A DNA stretch of 60,243 nucleotides, filler included, from Squatina squatina (lineage: Eukaryota), in assembly GCA_031763465.1 (NCBI GenBank). It is 3 parts of 3 records of this genome, joined end to end, with 100 filler letters (N's around TTAATTAATTAA, not from the genome) between each part and the next. Parts side by side here need not be neighbours in the genome. Positions count along the whole stretch, not along the records: positions 40,735 to 60,243 come from JARFOE010000001.1; 2 more parts are not named here. The stretch is one strand, 5' to 3'. This document shows positions 53,001-60,243 of the stretch, piece after piece. The notes below the pieces were generated by a model. It saw nothing but the letters and a program-made list of their open reading frames with translations, was not told the origin of the DNA and made no database searches. Numbering within the stretch: the stretch's first letter is position 1; every line of letters begins with the position of its first letter. The position numbers were made by a program, and so were the translations under genes.

Positions 53001-54461
53001 NNNNNNNNNNNNNNNNNNNNNNNNNNNNNNNNNNNNNNNNNNNNNNNNNNNNNNNNNNNNNNNNNNNNNNNGATAATAAGACCGATCTGTACAGGTAACC
53101 TTCTCCATGCAGCTGTATTTTAATAGTTAACTTGCATGCTTGTTACATAGACCTGGATTGCATTTGGATTTCCAGGTATAAGTGTTTGATTCACAGTTCC
53201 ATAAAACTTAAGCTTATTCAGTGCATCTTATGCATCATGCTCTATATAGTGCTCTATCAATTTGCTAGTCATTTTTTTTTGCACCAATAGCTTATCTATT
53301 TTTCAATAAAATTAAGATTTTTCAAATTTGCATTTCCAATTTTCACATAAAATCAGAGAATCCCTTCCCAAATCCCCAAACTTGAGACGTGTGACATTTT
53401 AAACTTTTTCCATTCATAAGTAATTACAGGTACCCAAAAGCCGACAGCAAATGAAAAGTTTTAGAACTAAAGTATCTGCCAATAGTGGGCACTCTGGAGC
53501 TCCAATGTTTTACACATGACACAGAGGTTTAATCTCCCATTTTACTGAGTTGCCAATTTCATCCACTGTGCTTCCAGGACTTAGGCGGTGGGGAACAGAA
53601 GTTGTTTTCTCATGGTTGCGGTAGTCAGCCAGTGGAAGGCACAAGACTTAGAAGCAGACCGTTTGCCTGCAAAGTAGCGCACGGTAAGTGAACTGGGGAG
53701 ATTACAGGGGCAAATGGAGGGAATGATAGCCTCATAAAATAAATAAATAAATAAATATCTTGCCAACAGCACAGATTACTTAGTACAGAATTTCATAGCT
53801 CCTAAAACACTATATGCTTTAACCAGCCAATCCACTGTCGGCATGCCCTAAAATTTGCATTTTAAAACTAGTGAAATGAATGTCTGCATTACTCCACAAT
53901 TTGACATGTACATCTGAACTGTGTAAATTATACACAATAGCCAGGACTTAAACATAGCACACAATGTGCTCTGAAAGTCTTCACTGATTAAAAAATGTTC
54001 ACAAGTTTATCTCTAAATGTATGAATTCACTGTACTTTTAATAAGTTGGCAGGTTGATTTTATACTTAAGAATCGAGTTTCCTTACCTACTTTAGGTAGT
54101 AAGACTGGTCAGTTCATTTCTATTCCTGACTTGGGCTCAGTGAGCCAATCCTATAAAATAATGCTGTGTGTGACTATTATTTGTGTCTTACAACTGAATC
54201 ATTGAAAACACCTCTAATGCGGCATTTTCCATACTAGACATTAACTTTTCTAAATCACAATCAATTAGTTTTATTCTACAAGAGCATTAAGATGAGAACT
54301 AGCACATGCGACTGTACTAAGTATATTCCTTTTTACGTACAGTCAGATCCCTGCTTGAAACTATGCTTTGCCTGAAGGCCAAAGGGTGGTTTTACAATAC
54401 TAGTTGAATTAGCATTTACTGTATGGTGAAGTCCATCTGAGTCACATCCCTTTAACAGGAT

Positions 54462-55487
54462 TTATGTAGACTTGTTGCTACTTTTGGAGCTGCTTGTCCC
54501 TGAATGTGTCATACTGAACAACCCAGTGTCTGTTAATCTGAGCNNNNNNNNNNNNNNNNNNNNNNNNNNNNNNNNNNNNNNNNNNNNNNNNNNNNNNNNN
54601 NNNNNNNNNNNNNNNNNNNNNNNNNNNNNNNNNNNNNNNNNNNNNNNNNNNNNNNNNNNNNNNNNNNNNNNNNNNNNNNNNNNNNNNNNNNNNNNNNNNN
54701 NNNNNNNNNNNNNNNNNNNNNNNNNNNNNNNNNNNNNNNNNNNNNNNNNNNNNNNNNNNNNNNNNNNNNNNNNNNNNNNNNNNNNNNNNNNNNNNNNNNN
54801 NNNNNNNNNNNNNNNNNNNNNNNNNNNNNNNNNNNNNNNNNNNNNNNNNNNNNNNNNNNNNNNNNNNNNNNNNNNNNNNNNNNNNNNNCTCTGCTTGGGC
54901 AAGATAGTTTTGAGTTTTTGAAGAGCTGATCCTTCCAGCAGCGAGGAGGTTTTTGATACCTGGTACATAACATCAAAGAGACCACAGCTGTCAGGCTGGG
55001 ACTTGGGCACAGAGCTTGCTCGTACCTGAGGGATTTTTAACTGAACAACAGAGCTACTGACACTTTCATTATGAAGGCCGTCATCTTTTTCTTTTAGCTG
55101 CGTAACCATTCTTTGCAGGGTTAACTGATGGAGGTAACTGGAAGCAGTGGGGAATTTCAACTCTGAGGTTTCAAGATGAGTGAGTTTTCGGTGCTCGCTG
55201 CACTGATTGGGGCTATGTTCTGCCTGAGCTCTAGCCCACAATGCAACTTTTTGCAGAAGAGCATTAGGTTCCCCAAAGGTCTTCGAGAAACAACCTTCTC
55301 TGGTATCTCTGGTTTTATTTTTCAGTGTTACTGCTCCTCCTGATAAGGCTTCCAAATNNNNNNNNNNATGGCTGCTTTGTTCATGTCCAATGCCCCTGAC
55401 TGAATGTCTTTCAAGGCCTTTGAAAGCAAACCATCTGCAAATTCAGCACTTCGTTTCACATGCTCCTCAGTGTTTTTCTGTAGTCTC
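54462..55487 (-). CDS. LCORL: LCORL canonical terminal exon (HTH pipsqueak isoform; second HTH falls in gap 54544-54888)
   Basis: Acceptor ccatccatcctag. [75 protein letters not shown] and the ending LRLTDTGLF... are LCORL-specific. Confidence 0.93.
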
Positions 55488-56302
55488 CTAGGATGGATGG
55501 AATGAAACGATGGTAAGCTGACGCATGAGACTGGCACACAGCTATGGAAGGGAAGGGTCCACTCCTTTATTACAGGCTTGCTTGGGTAACATCACTGCTT
55601 CTCTCATTGTTTAAGTCTTTGAGTTCTGGCTGTTACTGCTTAAAGTTGCAAAAGGTTACAGTTCTGGTAGGGCAGTGCAAACGTTTGATTGCACTTCTAA
55701 AGCAGCCTTGGCAAGAGCTTTATGTTACAGTTCAATATTTGTGTTAATGTTTCTTGCAGTTGTTATCCCGTGATAGTTGCTTGCAAAACAAAGGTANNNN
55801 NNNNNNNNNNNNNNNNNNNNNNNNNNNNNNNNNNNNNNNNNNNNNNNNNNNNNNNNNNNNNNNNNNNNNNNNNNNNNNNNNNNNNNNNNNNNNNNNAGTC
55901 TTTTTGCAAATTATCTAACACACACTGACCAAAATAGAATACACGCCCATACAATTACAGCCTTTTCATTTCCAACAAATGAAATCTTATTTCAGAAGCA
56001 AATTAAGAATGCAAATACAATCCACAACCACTGAGTCATGTAAATAAATTGACAATATGGTTTATCAAACTAATGATGTTTTAACTTTAACTAGTTTGGT
56101 GAGTTGCTTGAAGATTATGACTAATTGCCTTTCAAAATGGAAACCGTAAAAATCACAACAGTAACTAATTGGGAGACAGCAGGATGATTCTAAATATAAC
56201 AGTGTAGTGCGACTGTGACAAAAATGTTTGCTTTAAGACTTAAAAACAAAAAAAATGTTTTAAATGTATATCCGTTGGGTCTATTTCTTCAATAATACTT
56301 AC

Positions 56303-56400
56303 CCTGATAATTTGATAGTGGTTGATGCAGGACTAGATCCAGTTGATATTGTGGAATTTATACTATTCTTCTTTGTAGACAGATCAAGCACTCCATCTGC
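56303..56400 (-). CDS. LCORL: LCORL internal exon with CtBP-binding motif (not in ORF track; 5' edge at gap)
   Basis: ADGVLDLSTKKNSINSTISTGSSPASTTIKLSG, then a gtaagt donor; its phase-2 end joins in frame to the exon starting at 55487. Confidence 0.9.
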
Positions 56401-57904
56401 NNNNNNNNNNNNNNNNNNNNNNNNNNNNNNTTAAAAAAGCCTTTAAAAGTAATTGACCTTCAGTGATGATAATAGTAACATTTTGCTTTCCACTAAAGAA
56501 CCAAAAACTCAGTGCCCTTCTCAGAACTTCTGATAAAATGCCAGTTATAGACCCAAAATGCCATAACCTGTCTTTTCTCTTTACAGATGCTGACTGACCC
56601 ATGGATTTTCAGAATCTTGTGTTTTATTCCAAAATTCTAGACTTTGCAGTTGTTCTTATTTAAAATTATAATAACTAAAGCGGAGAATGCATTAAAAATC
56701 AACTGATGGGAACCTAATACACCATCAGCAACCTAAGGATCTTACAGATGCCCAACCAGCCTGGGTAAAAAAAAAAAAGAGGCAGCTGAAGAACACTTGG
56801 CTTTAACTCTTTACCTGGCAAAGAGAAAGGGACTTATCTACTACCCGGAGACCTCTTACTAAAGCAGAGAAAAGGGAGGGGGAACCACTAATTTGCTCCC
56901 CGCAAAACATCCAACAGGCCAATAGAAAGCCTAATATGCAGAATGAGAGGACTATGCAGGTACAACCAAGAAATAAACCACCCACCCTTGACCAAAGATA
57001 CTTTCCCATCACATAAAAGAACCTACTACGAGGCTCCTGATCCCAAGGCAACAGATGAATTCAGAGGGGCCAGTCATTCCACCTCAAACATAATGAGCTA
57101 AAATGTTCACAATACGGTTGACGAAGTAATATGCCTGACATGAAAGTAACATGCTTGAATGTTAGGAGGCCTAATTACCCAATTAAGAGCAAAGAAATCC
57201 CAACCTATCTTCAAGAAAAATTAAGTAGATGCTCCATTTTCTTGGTTAGGGAGAGTGAACACTATAAAATATGAATATATTCCTAAATTCTCTCTACCTG
57301 TGCACAGTAGTGTTGCTACCTTGAAAAAACAAGTGTGGTTGCCATAAGTGTACTTNNNNNNNNNNNNNNNNNNNNNNNNNNNNNNNNNNNNNNNNNNNNN
57401 NNNNNNNNNNNNNNNNNNNNNNNNNNNNNNNNNNNNNNNNNNNNNNNNNNNNNNNTCAACAGAACTGAAGTTTCAACAAGCCTTAATAAGCAGAACATGA
57501 AAATATAGCATTGTACCTTTTTTGTGAAAGATAGCATTAAGAAACTTGTCTGCTTGGCATTCAAGCTGTTCAGTGTGGGACTGCCCCTGAGATAGAGATT
57601 CCTCAGTAGATGTCAGTATTGTAGGTGCACTCACAGATGAGATATGCTCCTAGAAACAGTAATGAATTATGTACAGAAATATTTTGAAATGAACTACAGC
57701 AGAAAAGATCAAATTTCATATTCAAAATAATGGGAATCTCAACATTTAATCACTAGCCCTAGAGTACAAACAAACCTGAAGATCTCCAGTTCCCAGTACA
57801 GAGTGAATTACAATTCTGAGTTCACATGTATCGAACTGAATAGCAATTTTATCTCATTATGGCATCTAGAAGCTTATGCATGCTAGACCGAACCAGCTTT
57901 CTGG

Positions 57905-58051
57905 TTTATACCTTTTGGATAGAGTTATTGCATTGGTAACTCTCCAATTCTCGGACACAAATTTTCATATCCGAGTATGTTTGAAAGATTATGAGTAGAA
58001 CCTCCACTATTTCCTCTCTCACTTCAAGTATTGCAGGATGCATGCCGTCAT
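57905..58051 (-). mobile_element. degenerate CR1 RT fragment
   Basis: DGMHPAILEVREEIVEVLLIIFQ. Confidence 0.6.
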
Positions 58052-58183
58052 NNNNNNNNNNNNNNNNNNNNNNNNNNNNNNNNNNNNNNNNNNNNNNNNN
58101 NNNNNNNNNNNNNNNNNNNNNNNNNNNNNNNNNNNNNNNNNNNNNNNNNNNATGTCTATTTTCAGAAAACAAAAACATTTTAC

Positions 58184-58249
58184 CATCAAATAAACTGAGG
58201 TCTCTGAGTAACCTTGGTCCATGAAGCCCTTCCAAGATGCTTTCGAACC
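58184..58249 (-). CDS. LCORL: LCORL early coding exon (66 nt)
   Basis: Acceptor tttatttgcag and donor gtaaaa; encodes [22 protein letters not shown], matching LCORL [22 protein letters not shown]. Confidence 0.9.
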
Positions 58250-58489
58250 CTGCAAATAAAATATCAATATGTTAGCTCACAAATGCAAAAAAGTATCTTG
58301 ACACTAACGTACTAAATCACTAATACAGAAGTTATTTTTCTACCCATTCCACAGTCTAAAAACAATATCATTTCCATAACAAATTGATGGTTCAGCTAAA
58401 ATTACAATTTTCCTACAATGTTGCTTGAGATGCCAGTGATGGGCAAGTAAGGTGCTGGAGTGAATTCTAAGCACCCATGCAGGGTGACC

Positions 58490-58724
58490 AACGCTTTCGG
58501 TGAGGCACTGAAAAGAGAGTTACATTGTCAGACCATTGTCGGATGAGACATTAAAAAAGGTGGACATAAAGATCCCACAACACAACAGTATTCCAAGAAC
58601 AGAGGAGTTCTCCTAGTGTATTGATCAACATTTATCCTTTAATCAAAACCACCAAAAAATCGTCTGAGCATTCATCTCATTTGTTGTTTGTAGGACCTGG
58701 TGCACAAATTGGCTACTGCATTTG
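58490..58724 (+). mobile_element. DeuSINE-like copy
   Basis: GGATGAGACATTAAA...GGTGGACATAAAGATCCCA...TGTGCACAAATTGGCTACTG. Confidence 0.65.
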
Positions 58725-60243
58725 NNNNNNNNNNNNNNNNNNNNNNNNNNNNNNNNNNNNNNNNNNNNNNNNNNNNNNNNNNNNNNNNNNNNNNNNNNNN
58801 NNNNNNNNNNNNNNNNNNNNNNNNAATACTGTAAAGCTTTCATTGTAGACATTTAAAAGAGCACCTTCTAACAAAAAAGAAATCTGTAAATGGTAATGAG
58901 ACAACATAATTGTATCAGTGTGGTTCAAATTTATTTTAGTTTTGTTGGCAAGCAGTGTGTCACGATTATTGGTCGAAAATAAAGTCTTCGAGATCATAAT
59001 CTGAGCAGCATGAAATAATTTTATTTCCGTGTACGAGGGGCACTGGATTACACCAGGCTAATAGAGTTGTATTCAGCCTCATGACTGGAAATCTAATATC
59101 GTGTTTTACCGGAACCGAAGAAAAACGCTTTATTTCTTCGGTGTGATCAAAAATAATTGTCATTTTCTTTTGTTGACTTGTCAAAGACAGAAAAGCGGAG
59201 GAGAAAACAAAGCAAACACAATGACGTAGCACCTGTGAAAACATTCTCAGTTGTCAGTGGCCACATGTGTAACAAAAGACTGTTCCGAATTTATAATCCT
59301 GACAATAGAAAGCAGATTCCTGAATCCATACAGTTGCCCAGTTTTATTCATTCACACCAGTCTGCCGCCAACGTGGACTAGTTAAATTAGTGATAAGGGA
59401 TGACCCGACTGCATATGCGTGTGTCTGCTGAATGGTGGGCACCCGAAGTGTCTTCTCCTCGGGTGCTGCCTGACATGCTGAGTATTTCCAGTATTCTCTG
59501 TTTTTACTTTCAGTTCTTTGTTGACTTCATTGAAAATATTTAGTCTTGTGTCTTAATGATGTGACTGGGAGTTGTAATTAAAAATTAAAGTTTGATAAAA
59601 CTGCAAAAGATTCAATCCTATAGGAGCTGAAATGTGCGATGAATTACTAAGACACAACATTTGCATCCCTTCATTCACGCACCTTGACCATTAGTTTCTG
59701 ACCTTCTGTTCTTGTTGACCATTTTCCCCTACAGACTTTACTGCGTTTGTCTAAAATGGTGGTCCTGGAGAGTAGCTTTTTGAAACACAAAATACTGAAT
59801 CGACGTATACATTCAATTTTTATATATTCGTTAGTATTTCAGTACCACACCCTTGCTACAAACATTTCAGTTCCCCTTCTGAGCTTTTACCTCCCAGCAC
59901 TTATAGAGGTACTAGAAGATAATACACAGCATAGCATCAGGAAAAAATGTTCACTGGTAGTTTTCCTTTTCATTGTTTGTGTATGTTAGTGGGATTTTTA
60001 CAGAATTTTTTCTTTCTCAAGACTGCAACAGTAGAAAACTAGATATTTAAATATACATTAAGCACAGAGCTTCTCTTGATAAACAACACCATTGTCAGAA
60101 GATGCATGACAAAATGCAGGGTTGTCCACAGTTACAGGTCTAAAGATTCTAAGATTTTCGAAATGACCATTTTTTGCAAAGAAAAGCAACAGTTGAAAGA
60201 GAACGGAATATAAAATCGAAATATTTACAAACTTGAAATTCCA

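Noticed and set aside
55328-55370. Frameshift/pseudogenisation of LCORL, and premature stop of NHSL2 at 7575
   Set aside because: Both coincide with 10-N placeholder gaps, and conserved or open frames continue on the other side.
57316-57355. Possible missing LCORL exon end (KYTYGNHTCFFK|gtag)
   Set aside because: No resemblance to the LCORL exons expected here, a weak donor, and truncation by a gap.

Overview
Vertebrate genomic DNA, most likely a cartilaginous fish (shark), inferred from abundant CR1-type LINE fragments, DeuSINE-like copies and the divergence of the proteins. The window is not one locus. Three unrelated, gap-ridden scaffolds are joined by artificial N44-TTAATTAATTAA-N44 linkers at 26114-26213 and 40635-40734. 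Segment 1 (1-26113) holds three recognisable exons of NHSL2 (+), an unidentified ORF ending in a PDZ-type motif, a Harbinger Myb/SANT ORF, and LINE, SINE and minisatellite repeats. Segment 2 (26214-40634) holds single-exon GAS1 (-), preceded by a 7-unit, ~51-bp tandem array in which each unit carries a CCAAT box and most carry a GC box. Segment 3 (40735-60243) holds LCORL (-), with both the HTH-psq terminal exon and the large alternative PALI2 (PRC2-binding) exon. The PALI2 exon is broken in its PIP-like region by transposon sequence, and at its 5' end it runs into an isolated, intact CLPX exon on the opposite strand. Protein identities come from my recollection of the human orthologues, not from a database search. 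I see no convincing new multi-gene system. The best leads are the GAS1 promoter array, the shark PALI2 exon and the CLPX exon inside LCORL, which may be a chimeric contig.
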